Assembly: GCA_017441005.1 (NCBI GenBank)
Contig: JAFSAM010000058.1
Coordinates: forward strand, 8,311-72,310
Source of the DNA: Clostridia bacterium
GTDB taxonomy: Bacteria; Bacillota; Clostridia; Oscillospirales; CAG-272
Reading direction: 5' to 3'
DNA length: 64,000 nt
The notes beneath the pieces were generated by a model. The model saw only the letters and a program-made list of their open reading frames with translations, did not search any database and was not told the origin of the DNA. This document shows positions 30,974 to 40,008 of this stretch, one piece after another. The translations under genes were made by a program, and so were the position numbers. Position 1 is the stretch's first letter, and every line of letters begins with the position of its first letter.

Positions 30974-31837
30974 ATGAAATTGGATAATTCAAAAAAAATA
31001 TTGATAGTAGGTCTCGGTCTGCTTGGCGGTTGCTATGCTTTGGCATTAAAAAAGAAGGGCTTTTATGTCAGCGCCATCACTAAAGAAAAAGACGACATTA
31101 CTTATGCATTGGAAAACGGTCTTATCGACTGCGGCAGTAACGAGGTGGATGCGAAGCTTATAGAAAATGCCGATATAATCGTTTTTGCGCTCTATCCGCA
31201 TACTTTTATTGAGTGGATAAAGGAAAACGGACATTTGATCAAAGAGGGTACGATCATAACCGACGTAACCGGTGTAAAGAGCTGTATTGTTTATGATATT
31301 CAGGCAATGCTGAAGCCCGGAGTCGAGTTTATTTCTGCCCATCCGATGGCAGGACGTGAGGTAAGCGGCGTAAGAAACAGTGATGATTCAATATTTAAAG
31401 AGGCAAACTATATCGTTGTTCCTACCGATAAAAACACTTTTGGTGCGATCGAGCTTTGTAAGGAGCTCGGACAGATACTCGGCTTTGCCAGAGTTGCTGT
31501 ACTTAATCCCGAAAAGCACGATGAAATGATTGCCTTTCTGTCACAGCTTACGCACTGTATTGCAGTATCGCTTATGTGCGCAAACGATAACCCCGGACTT
31601 GTACTGTATACAGGTGACTCCTTCCGCGATTTAACAAGAATTGCCAAGATCAACGATGAGATGTGGAGCGAGCTGTTTTTGTCGAACAGAGAAGCGCTTT
31701 TGCGTGAAATGGAAAAGTACAAGAAAGCTTTTGACAGACTTTATGACTGCGTTAAGAATAACGACAGAGAAGAGATGCGAAGTATGATGAGAATTTCTAC
31801 CGAGCGAAGGATAGAATTCAACAAGAAAGGTCAGTGA
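30974..31837 (+). CDS. tyrA: Prephenate dehydrogenase
   Basis: ILIVGLGLLGGCYA Rossmann motif. SAHPMAGRE active-site region. 287 aa. Confidence 0.88.
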   Translation: MKLDNSKKILIVGLGLLGGCYALALKKKGFYVSAITKEKDDITYALENGLIDCGSNEVDAKLIENADIIVFALYPHTFIEWIKENGHLIKEGTIITDVTGVKSCIVYDIQAMLKPGVEFISAHPMAGREVSGVRNSDDSIFKEANYIVVPTDKNTFGAIELCKELGQILGFARVAVLNPEKHDEMIAFLSQLTHCIAVSLMCANDNPGLVLYTGDSFRDLTRIAKINDEMWSELFLSNREALLREMEKYKKAFDRLYDCVKNNDREEMRSMMRISTERRIEFNKKGQ

Positions 31838-31844
31838 TGTTTTT

Positions 31845-32873
31845 ATGAATATGCATTTCTACAGAAAGCTTCCCATTCCGCAGGTCATCAAGCAAGAATA
31901 TCCGCTTGATTCTGCTATGGAAGAAGTGAAAAATAAGAGAGCCGATGAAATAAAGAATATATTTGAGGGCAAAAGTGATAAGTTTATACTTATTATCGGT
32001 CCTTGCTCGGCAGATAATCAGGATTCCGTGCTTGATTATATTTCAAGACTTCGCAGAGTCGAGGATCAGGTCAAGGATAAGATCCTCATAATTCCCAGGA
32101 TCTATACAAATAAACCGCGTACTACGGGTGCCGGATATAAGGGTATGCTTCATCAGCCCAATCCCGACGATAAGCCGGATATGCTTAAGGGTATTGTAGC
32201 TATCAGAGAGCTTCACCTTAAGGCATTGAAGGACTATGGCTTTACCTGTGCCGATGAAATGCTTTATCCTGAAAATCACCGTTATTTGTCCGATCTTTTA
32301 GCCTACGTTGCTGTAGGGGCACGTTCGACCGAGGACCAGCAGCACAGACTTACCGCAAGCGGTATAGACGTTCCTGTAGGTATGAAGAACCCCACGAGCG
32401 GCGACCTTTCGATAATGATGAACTCAATAAAAGCCGCGCAAAGCAGTCATACTTTTATTTACAGAGGTTGGGAGGTTAAGAGCAGCGGTAATCCCTTGAC
32501 TCACGCTATATTGAGGGGATACGTTGATTTTGCGGGTAACTGTATATCCAACTATCACTACGAGAATCTTGTTGCTTTGAGCGAGCTCTACGCCGCATCA
32601 GATCTTTCAAATCCATCGGCTATAGTTGATACAAACCACGCCAACTCATCAAAACGATTCCTTGAGCAGATCAGAATAGCTAAAGAGGTCGTTTCAAACC
32701 GCAACCAGAACGCTGACATAAAGAAGCTTGTAAAGGGACTTATGATCGAAAGCTATATTGAAGATGGTGCGCAGAAAATCAGTGAGCATATTTATGGAAA
32801 GTCCATTACAGACCCTTGTCTCGGATGGGAAAAGACAGAAAAGCTGTTGCTCGAGCTTGCTGATATGCTTTAA
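31845..32873 (+). CDS. 3-deoxy-7-phosphoheptulonate (DAHP) synthase
   Basis: IIGPCSADN and NKPRTTGAGYKGMLHQP (KPRT motif). C-terminal IVDTNHANS. Confidence 0.88.
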   Translation: MNMHFYRKLPIPQVIKQEYPLDSAMEEVKNKRADEIKNIFEGKSDKFILIIGPCSADNQDSVLDYISRLRRVEDQVKDKILIIPRIYTNKPRTTGAGYKGMLHQPNPDDKPDMLKGIVAIRELHLKALKDYGFTCADEMLYPENHRYLSDLLAYVAVGARSTEDQQHRLTASGIDVPVGMKNPTSGDLSIMMNSIKAAQSSHTFIYRGWEVKSSGNPLTHAILRGYVDFAGNCISNYHYENLVALSELYAASDLSNPSAIVDTNHANSSKRFLEQIRIAKEVVSNRNQNADIKKLVKGLMIESYIEDGAQKISEHIYGKSITDPCLGWEKTEKLLLELADML

Positions 32874-32989
32874 ATTATATAAACACCCGGGTGTTCTTTT
32901 TGAGGGATGCTTGGGTGCTTTTTGCTTTGTTGACTTTTTGAGATGATTATGTTAGAATAAATCAGACAAGAAAATACCGGGAGGCAATT

Positions 32990-34636
32990 ATGAATCAAAC
33001 TATTATTAATTTAATTCTGTGGTTACCTTTTCTTTTGCTGTTCGCAATTTACGGAACTATATATGCTATATCGGGTTATAAAAAAGGAGTATACAAAGCA
33101 TTGATATCAGTCGGTGCAACAGTTGTTGCCGGATTGGTTAGTGCTGTTTTGGCGAAGCTGATTGCGCCGTCTATAGCTAATGCCATTTATAATGTTCTGG
33201 ATCTGAGCAGCGAATGGGGGGAAGGTGCTTACGCTAATCTTGCGGAGATTTTAACCCTCAGTGTTATTCAGAGTATAATTACGATGCTGATATTCTCGTG
33301 TGTAATTTTTGTTTTTTCCATTATCTTGAGGGTAGTAGCATCAAAGCTGTCAAAAGGCAAGTTTGAGCCCGAAAATAAAGGAATGAGATGGGGCGGTCTG
33401 TCTATAGGACTTTTAGAGGCGTTTATATTTACCCTGATCCTTTTGTTGCCGCTCTATGGAACACTTGCGACTTATTCGCCTATTGCTGAGTCGTTGTATG
33501 ATATTTCTGTTCAAAATAATGAAAATACAGCGGGTGTTGATGATCTGAAAATCGTTTTGTCTACCGTTAACGGGAATACGATCGTTCAGATAGTTAAGGC
33601 TACTCCCGTTCAAGGAATATATACAGGACTTTCCGGTTCATCCGTTAATGATACCTCTATAAACGTACCCGAAATGGTTACCACCTGTGAAACTGTTGTT
33701 TCAAAGGCTAAATTGCTTATCTCTCTTCCTGAAGAGGAGCAATGGGGAGCTGCCGAAGAGCTTGTAGATTATGCAGAAAAGAACGTTGTCGGTCAGCCTT
33801 GGGTATATGATCTGTATATTCTTGCAAAAAACGAAGTCGTTGCTTTGTTAGATGAGCAGTCCGTCGATTTTACCGAAGAAGAAAAGCGTCTTGTGGAGGA
33901 ATTGATATCTTCTCTCGATATTTCCAAAAAGGATTTTAACTATTGTATGAAAGAAGGACTTGATTTTGCAAAATATGTTCTTCAAAACAAGATCCTTCAA
34001 AGAATGGTTGACGGCACTATGACAGAGGAGGAGCTTTTGGGTAATGAAGAATTCTTCAAAGAGCTCGGATCTCTTATAAACTGCAGTGAGGCTGTTCTTC
34101 CCATAAAAAGACTTATATTTATGAGCATGGTTTACAATCTTACGGAGGATTATTCTGAAACTGTAAGGTTGCTTGAAAAATATCCCATTAAGATCTATAC
34201 CGATGAAGCAAGTCAAAAAAAGGAAGCATTGGCTATTTTGTTTGCAACCGACGGTCTGAAGCTTGTTGCAGCAGAGGGACTTGTCAGACATCCTGCATTC
34301 GGTTTTGATGCTGTTGACGAATATGTTACCGTTTATGCTTTTGCGGACCTGCTTTACGGAATAGATGATAACAATCCTGACGGACACCCTGTTGTAATAT
34401 TTTTAAACAGTAATCCCGATATCTACAACGATCTTTTGAATAAGCTCAGAGATTGTGAAAACACGCCTTTTGATGGTGTGTATTTCCATGATTACGCTTG
34501 GAATGTGGTCCACGAGCATTTGAGCGATTACAATATGGGCGGCTACAATGCAGTACCATGGGAGGGAGATTCAAGCTTTACTTATGAGGTCGTTCCCGGT
34601 TCTGAAGGCGGAGTTATTGTGAAATTCTACGGATAA
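32990..34636 (+). CDS. Membrane protein with CvpA-like N-terminal TM bundle and a large soluble C-terminal domain
   Basis: GGGAGG RBS. Four or five N-terminal TM helices in a CvpA-like arrangement (guess). The remaining ~380 aa have no motif I can name. Confidence 0.65.
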   Translation: MNQTIINLILWLPFLLLFAIYGTIYAISGYKKGVYKALISVGATVVAGLVSAVLAKLIAPSIANAIYNVLDLSSEWGEGAYANLAEILTLSVIQSIITMLIFSCVIFVFSIILRVVASKLSKGKFEPENKGMRWGGLSIGLLEAFIFTLILLLPLYGTLATYSPIAESLYDISVQNNENTAGVDDLKIVLSTVNGNTIVQIVKATPVQGIYTGLSGSSVNDTSINVPEMVTTCETVVSKAKLLISLPEEEQWGAAEELVDYAEKNVVGQPWVYDLYILAKNEVVALLDEQSVDFTEEEKRLVEELISSLDISKKDFNYCMKEGLDFAKYVLQNKILQRMVDGTMTEEELLGNEEFFKELGSLINCSEAVLPIKRLIFMSMVYNLTEDYSETVRLLEKYPIKIYTDEASQKKEALAILFATDGLKLVAAEGLVRHPAFGFDAVDEYVTVYAFADLLYGIDDNNPDGHPVVIFLNSNPDIYNDLLNKLRDCENTPFDGVYFHDYAWNVVHEHLSDYNMGGYNAVPWEGDSSFTYEVVPGSEGGVIVKFYG

Positions 34637-34663
34637 AGTTCATATAAAATTAATACTTATTGT

Positions 34664-34708
34664 AAAAAAATATGAGATATCGCATAAAAAACGATATCTC
34701 ATATTTTT
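34664..34708. terminator. Bidirectional terminator between convergent genes
   Basis: AAAATATGAGATATCG-CATAAAAAA-CGATATCTCATATTTT. Confidence 0.8.
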
Positions 34709-35165
34709 ATTTTTTGAGTTTATTGAGAGCACGAACCATAAAGTTTTTCAAACCTTTGAAAAGGTAACGGATGTAATAAGTTCTTCGGTTGAACTGTACG
34801 TAACATTTGTATTTGAAGCTTTTTTCGCAATCGATATACTTATTTTTTTTGTAAAAGCCTGAAAGAATACCGATTATGTGCTTGTCCGTTATATCATACT
34901 CGTTGAAGGCGTTGTTATCGCCTCGAATGACGTATCCGTCTTTTTTGACTTTAATAATACGGTGAAGCACGTACTCGTTTGCGTTATTCAAATAGAATAC
35001 AACGTCGTTTGCTCGTAGCTTTCTGTCAACTTTTCGTATTACAACGGTGTCCTGCTTTTCGATCAACATCGGCTTCATACTTTTTCCGGTGGGAAGCTGT
35101 ATAATGACGCCGTCGCGCTCAAGGATAGACTTGTAGTCCAAGGTGTTACTTTGAGAACAATGCAT
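34707..35165 (-). CDS. S24/S26-family (signal-peptidase-like) serine peptidase without a TM anchor
   Basis: LPTGKSMKPML (nucleophile Ser), VLHRIIKV (general base region) and YVIRGDNN (GDN box). No N-terminal hydrophobic helix. Start lies 2 nt after the PqqD stop. Confidence 0.8.
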   Translation of the reverse strand: MHCSQSNTLDYKSILERDGVIIQLPTGKSMKPMLIEKQDTVVIRKVDRKLRANDVVFYLNNANEYVLHRIIKVKKDGYVIRGDNNAFNEYDITDKHIIGILSGFYKKNKYIDCEKSFKYKCYVQFNRRTYYIRYLFKGLKNFMVRALNKLKK

Positions 35166-35167
35166 AG

Positions 35168-35434
35168 TTATTCTTCGATCACACCGTTTTTGCGAAGAGT
35201 CTCGAGAAAGGGAAGCGTGGCTTCTTTTGCGTCTTCGGCAGTAACGTCATACTTTTCGGTGATCTCACTAACAATGCTGTCAAGGGTAATGTCGTTTTCA
35301 AGAAGCTTGAAAATGAATTCTCCTACAGAGTTAAGCTTGATCATTCCGTTGAATTTTTGGTTGTCTTCACCTACAGCGAGTGCAACAGAAGTGCCTGCAA
35401 CATTGCGGACAATAAATTTGTATTTGAGTTTCAT
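35168..35434 (-). CDS. PqqD-family protein (RiPP recognition element-type peptide chaperone)
   Basis: 88 aa. FIVRNVAGTSVALAVGE...GMIKLNSVGEFIFKLLENDITLDSIVSEITEKYDVTAEDAKEATLPFLETLRKNGVIEE matches the PqqD winged-helix pattern. Confidence 0.8.
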   Translation of the reverse strand: MKLKYKFIVRNVAGTSVALAVGEDNQKFNGMIKLNSVGEFIFKLLENDITLDSIVSEITEKYDVTAEDAKEATLPFLETLRKNGVIEE

Positions 35435-35455
35435 AGTAATTCCTTTGAATATTAA

Positions 35456-35941
35456 TTATTTTTTTGACTTGCTTTTTTCGTCTTTATCGTCGTTCTTCTT
35501 TTTGTCAAAAGCCGGCGTGTAGTCTTCTTCTTCATTCTTCTTTCTGTTAATAAAGTGGAGAATCAAGAAAACAGCAAGAGCAACAATGATATAGAGTGTC
35601 GCAAATACTATCGTTGCAACAAACGCATTTGATGAGTTGATGTTGTTGTTTTTCTTGTTGAACTCTTCCAAAAAGTGCATAACAAAGTAAAATCCTATTG
35701 TATATGCAATGAAGTGTAATACCGTCCTTACGATCAAATCAAGTTTTTTGATTTCAAAAACAAGGTTTGAAATTGCAAACCAAATAGACACCAAAAATAC
35801 CCATGTAATCGCGTTTGTAGGGAATGTGATTGATTCTCTGCCCAAAATTGCCGCTATGAAATATACCGCAAACATTATGAAAGTAAACGCAGTGCAAGCG
35901 TTTTTCAAAGCACTGTAGAAGCTTTTTAAATATTTTTTCAT
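35456..35941 (-). CDS. Small membrane protein (4 TM) with a highly charged Lys/Asp/Glu C-terminal tail
   Basis: GGAGA RBS. Four hydrophobic helices. Tail is RKKNEEEDYTPAFDKKKNDDKDEKSKSKK. Confidence 0.7.
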   Translation of the reverse strand: MKKYLKSFYSALKNACTAFTFIMFAVYFIAAILGRESITFPTNAITWVFLVSIWFAISNLVFEIKKLDLIVRTVLHFIAYTIGFYFVMHFLEEFNKKNNNINSSNAFVATIVFATLYIIVALAVFLILHFINRKKNEEEDYTPAFDKKKNDDKDEKSKSKK

Positions 35942-35958
35942 TTGTACTGATTCTCCGT

Positions 35959-36930
35959 TTATACAAGATCGTTGAAGCTGATCTCAAAGGTGTTTACAAC
36001 CTTTTCCTGAGCCTTCAAGTACTTCTGGGTACCGTTTTCAACGTTTGCCTTGAAGCCGGAATTTGTAGCTGTCATAGGCTCAAGACCGCATACGTAGTTG
36101 CCCGACTGACAAGATTTCCACTGGAGGAAGTTGGTGAGAGCGGGCGAGAGGTAGTTTACTCTGAGACTTGTATTTATGTCTTCGTTGTCAATGCCGAAGT
36201 ATTTGTCGGAAAGCTCGTGCTCAAAGAGCATTTCTTCAGCGTCGTCAGAGGGAGCATCAAAGTGAGTCCAGGAGTCGGGGTCTGCTTTCGCACTTGCAGA
36301 GAAGGGATGGCACTTAGCAGAGGGAAGAACGATCTTAGAATTTTCGGACACAAGAGGATATCCGAGATTAAAGTGATAGAGCAGAGAAAGATGTGTATCC
36401 TTGAAGCCCTCATTTTTGATCACATCTTTGACGAAGATCTTGTCCTCGCCGTATTTGCAGGTGATCGAACGTGTAAGTGTCATATTAGAACCGAAAAGAA
36501 TAGCTTCCTTCATAACACCGGAAACAGTAACTGAACTTCCGTCCTCGGGAATGTCGATCGAAAGACGTTCGCAGGGAGTGTTACTCATTCTTCCGTGGAA
36601 TGTGAGCTCGGGATTTGTGCCGTCAGCCGCACCGTAGTTTTTGAGACCGCAGGTAGTCATAAATCCGGCACCGAAGGAGCGGAGCCAAACGTTTCCGAGT
36701 TCGTTATAATATGCGGGGTTTACAACACCGTTGGGAGTGTGGAATGCCATATTATTGTTCTTGTAACGGACAGTAAATAAGTCAAGACAACGGTCGGGGA
36801 GAACTGTGAAATGTAGATTTCCGCCGTTCCAAATATCAATGGCGCGTGTTCCTTCAGCTTTACCGTTGCTGAATTTGTATTCTCTTACGTCGAATAACTG
36901 CATTCTGTTACCAATATACTTGTTGTTCAT
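35959..36930 (-). CDS. Aldose-1-epimerase-like (galactose mutarotase fold) protein
   Basis: GAGGTG RBS. FHGRMSNTP, LLYHFNLGYP and CGLEP motifs resemble the mutarotase-like family. From memory this is DUF4432 (unverified). Confidence 0.7.
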   Translation of the reverse strand: MNNKYIGNRMQLFDVREYKFSNGKAEGTRAIDIWNGGNLHFTVLPDRCLDLFTVRYKNNNMAFHTPNGVVNPAYYNELGNVWLRSFGAGFMTTCGLKNYGAADGTNPELTFHGRMSNTPCERLSIDIPEDGSSVTVSGVMKEAILFGSNMTLTRSITCKYGEDKIFVKDVIKNEGFKDTHLSLLYHFNLGYPLVSENSKIVLPSAKCHPFSASAKADPDSWTHFDAPSDDAEEMLFEHELSDKYFGIDNEDINTSLRVNYLSPALTNFLQWKSCQSGNYVCGLEPMTATNSGFKANVENGTQKYLKAQEKVVNTFEISFNDLV

Positions 36931-37142
36931 GTCACACCTCGTAAAATATTATTTTTGAAAAAAGATCCGCCCAGCGGGTACAGTTACATACATTATACCA
37001 TATCTGAGGCATTTTTCAAGTAATACCGAGAAAAAATATCATATATTTTCGTTTTTTTTTGAATATTTATTGTTTGTTTTACGAACTAATTAATCGATTA
37101 TACAAACAAATGGCGTTATTTTAATATAATATTTATATATTA

Positions 37143-37171
37143 TTGACTTTTTATGCAACTGTATGTATAAT
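37143..37171 (+). promoter_or_regulatory. Sigma-A-type promoter of nusB
   Basis: TTGACT (37143-37148), 17 nt, TATAAT (37166-37171). Confidence 0.6.
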
Positions 37172-37208
37172 ATAATCTGACTATATATACATAAAAGAGG
37201 TATGTTCT

Positions 37209-37619
37209 ATGAACAGGAGACAGGCAAGAGAAAATGTTTTTTATTTGGTGTTTGAAGCAGAGTTTCAAAAAGGTGAAATAAGCCCCCCTGAGCTTTTGGA
37301 AATGGCACAGGAGCTTGGAGTTGTTGAAAACGACACATATACCGAACGCGTGTTTTTCGGTGTTATGAATGAACTTAAGAGCTTGGATTCAAAAATCGAA
37401 GAGTTGTCCAAGGGATGGAAACTTGACCGTATATCTAAAGTTTCGCTTGCGATAATGCGTATTTGTGTTTATGAAATGCTTTACTGCGAGGATATTCCTT
37501 TTAATATCTCTATCAACGAAGCGGTCGAGCTTGCTAAGAAATTTGACTATGAAAAGGCACCCTCATTTGTAAACGGAGTGCTCAATAAAATTGCCGAAAA
37601 AGAAGGATTGAAAAAATAA
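37209..37619 (+). CDS. nusB: Transcription antitermination factor NusB
   Basis: MNRRQARENVFYLVFEAEF..LDRISKVSLAIMRICVYEMLY..DIPFNISINEAVELAKKF..PSFVNGVL. Confidence 0.92.
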   Translation: MNRRQARENVFYLVFEAEFQKGEISPPELLEMAQELGVVENDTYTERVFFGVMNELKSLDSKIEELSKGWKLDRISKVSLAIMRICVYEMLYCEDIPFNISINEAVELAKKFDYEKAPSFVNGVLNKIAEKEGLKK

Positions 37620-38539
37620 TGGGTGTTTTTCTCGGTATTGATACCAGTAATTACACTACGTCTATGGCTTTGTGCGATGAAAATAAAGTGCTTTTGAACG
37701 AAAAAAAGCTTCTTTTGGTCAAAGAAGGAGAAAGAGGGCTTCGACAAAGCGATGCTGTTTTTGCGCATCTGAACAACCTTCCCGAGATTGCCGAGAGGAT
37801 TGGAAAACATAGTATCACAGCTATCGGCTGCTCATCGAAACCGAGGGACGTCGAAGGATCGTATATGCCTTGTTTTAAAACCGGCGAATCCTTTGCGAGA
37901 TCTTTGGGGAGTATTCTCGGTGTTCCCGTGTATCATTTTTCACATCAGACAGGTCATATAATGGCTGCGGCTTATTCTGCCGACTGCGTTGGAATTACTG
38001 AAGGCGAGTTTAATGCTTTTCACGTCTCGGGAGGCACTACCGAGATATTGCATTGTGACGGTAAGAGCGGCATCGTTAAAATTACAAACATTGGCGGGAC
38101 ACTTGATCTGAATGCCGGACAAGCAATTGACCGTGCGGGTGTTTTGCTTGGTCTTAAATTCCCCTGCGGACCTGCCCTTGAAAAAATAGCAGTTGACGGG
38201 ACGTTGCCCGAGATTCCGAAGGTTTGTGTTAATGGGCTTAACTGTAACCTATCCGGGCTTGAAAATAAGGTCATTGGCTTTAAAGATAAAGGCGTTAGTT
38301 CCGAGGATATAGCTCTGTTCGTTCTTTCTTTTGTTGAAAAAACATTAATAAAGCTCACAAAAAACTTGAGAGAACAATACAATCTGCCTATTCTTTATGC
38401 CGGCGGAGTAATGAGCAATTCGCTGATAAAAAAGTCGCTTTCGGGCTTTGGTAATACTTATTTTGCCGACAGTGCATTTTCGTCGGACAATGCCGCCGGA
38501 ATCGCCTTGCTTACAAGAATGGCACACAACAACCAATAA
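37619..38539 (+). CDS. Kae1/TsaD-like (ASKHA fold, peptidase M22 family) paralogue of unknown role
   Basis: GIDTSNYTTS N-terminal phosphate-1 motif. His pair in FSHQTGHIMAA (H-x3-H metal-site position). C-terminal YAGGVMSN. Shorter (306 aa) and divergent from canonical TsaD. Confidence 0.7.
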   Translation: MGVFLGIDTSNYTTSMALCDENKVLLNEKKLLLVKEGERGLRQSDAVFAHLNNLPEIAERIGKHSITAIGCSSKPRDVEGSYMPCFKTGESFARSLGSILGVPVYHFSHQTGHIMAAAYSADCVGITEGEFNAFHVSGGTTEILHCDGKSGIVKITNIGGTLDLNAGQAIDRAGVLLGLKFPCGPALEKIAVDGTLPEIPKVCVNGLNCNLSGLENKVIGFKDKGVSSEDIALFVLSFVEKTLIKLTKNLREQYNLPILYAGGVMSNSLIKKSLSGFGNTYFADSAFSSDNAAGIALLTRMAHNNQ

Positions 38540-38561
38540 AACACGAAAGAGAGGGAATACG

Positions 38562-39782
38562 GTGGCTGAAGAGACAAGACGTATTATCACAGTATCCCAA
38601 TTGAATGAATATATAAAAGCCGTAATCGAGGGACAGCCGGCACTTCGCAGTCTTTTTATCAAGGGCGAGATATCAAATTTTACCAATCATTATAAAACCG
38701 GTCATTTTTATTTTACCCTGAAAGATGAGAACAGTCTTGTAAGGTGCATAATGTTTAAGGGTTATTCCGAAAAACTGAAATTTGTGCCCGAAAACGGTAT
38801 GAAGGTAATACTCCACGGTAAGGTATCCGCTTACCCGAAGGACGGTCAGTATCAGGTCTATGCAGATAATATGGAGCCCGACGGAATCGGTGCTTTGTAT
38901 ATAGCATACGAGCAGTTGAAGGCAAAGCTTGAAAAGGAAGGACTTTTTGATCAATCAAAAAAGAAGCAGCTACCCAAGATCCCCAAAAGAGTGGGTATTA
39001 TTACTTCACCAACAGGGGCAGCTATCAGAGATATAATCAATGTTCTCGGCAGAAGATTTCCTTATGCTGAGGGAGTATTATTCCCGGCACTTGTTCAGGG
39101 CGAGGGAGCACCTATGCAGTTGATTGAGGGTATGAGATACTTTAATTCTCAAAAAAATGTCGACGTTATCATCATAGGCAGAGGCGGTGGCTCGATCGAA
39201 GATCTATGGGCATTCAATAACGAGCAGCTTGCCCGGGAGATTTATGCATCAAAAATACCGGTTATTTCGGCTGTTGGTCACGAAACAGACTTTACTATAT
39301 GCGACTTTGTTGCGGACAAGAGAGCACCTACTCCCTCGGCAGCTGCAGAGCTTGCCGTTCCCGAAACAATGGAGCTTAAACAGAAGATATTGAATATAAT
39401 CGGCAGAATGGATATGCTGATCATGCACAATATCAAAAATAAACGTCAGAGACTTATGGAGCTTGGCGGAAAAAGGGTTCTTAATACACCTGACTTCATA
39501 GTTGACGACAGGCGTTTTCAGCTTATGAATCTTGACGCAAGAATGGAAAGCGGAATGAAATACACGACGAGCTTGAAAAAAGAGCTTTTTGCGAGATATA
39601 CGTCCAAGCTCGAAGCGCTTAATCCGATGTCGGTCATTTCAAGAGGCTATTCAGCCGTATTCAGTGATGACGGGAAGCTTATTAAAAGTGTTGATCAGGT
39701 AGAAATAGGCGATAGGTTCAATTTCAAAACCGTAGACGGAAGTGTTTCCGCCGAGGTGAAAGGAAAGGTTAAGAATGGATAA
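38562..39782 (+). CDS. xseA: Exodeoxyribonuclease VII large subunit
   Basis: OB-fold N-terminus (ISVSQLNEYIKAVIE..GEISNF), IGIITSPTGAAIRDI and GRGGGSIEDLWAFN. GTG 38562 follows an AGAGAGGGA RBS. Confidence 0.92.
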   Translation: MAEETRRIITVSQLNEYIKAVIEGQPALRSLFIKGEISNFTNHYKTGHFYFTLKDENSLVRCIMFKGYSEKLKFVPENGMKVILHGKVSAYPKDGQYQVYADNMEPDGIGALYIAYEQLKAKLEKEGLFDQSKKKQLPKIPKRVGIITSPTGAAIRDIINVLGRRFPYAEGVLFPALVQGEGAPMQLIEGMRYFNSQKNVDVIIIGRGGGSIEDLWAFNNEQLAREIYASKIPVISAVGHETDFTICDFVADKRAPTPSAAAELAVPETMELKQKILNIIGRMDMLIMHNIKNKRQRLMELGGKRVLNTPDFIVDDRRFQLMNLDARMESGMKYTTSLKKELFARYTSKLEALNPMSVISRGYSAVFSDDGKLIKSVDQVEIGDRFNFKTVDGSVSAEVKGKVKNG

Positions 39783-40008
39783 TAATATTACTTTTGAACA
39801 GGCTTTGGCGAGACTTGAGGAGATAGTAAGGCTTCTTGAAAGCGGCTCAGCCCCGCTCGATAAGTCTTTGGAGCTTTTTGAAGAGGGAGTAAAGCTTGTA
39901 AAAATGTGTAACTCTCAGCTTGATAACGTTGAACAGAGAATAAAGATTCTTTCAAAAAATGAATCGGGCGATATGGCCGAAGAGAATTTTGTCGGAGGAA
40001 ATGAATGA
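39775..40008 (+). CDS. xseB: Exodeoxyribonuclease VII small subunit
   Basis: FEQALARLEEIVRLLESGSAPLDKSLELFEEGVKL. 77 aa. Overlaps the xseA stop. Confidence 0.92.
   Translation: MDNNITFEQALARLEEIVRLLESGSAPLDKSLELFEEGVKLVKMCNSQLDNVEQRIKILSKNESGDMAEENFVGGNE

Noticed and set aside
36931-37208. Possible riboswitch or sRNA in the 278-bp nusB upstream region
   Set aside because: The region is very AT-rich and holds divergent promoters. I see no conserved riboswitch core, stable hairpin or terminator.
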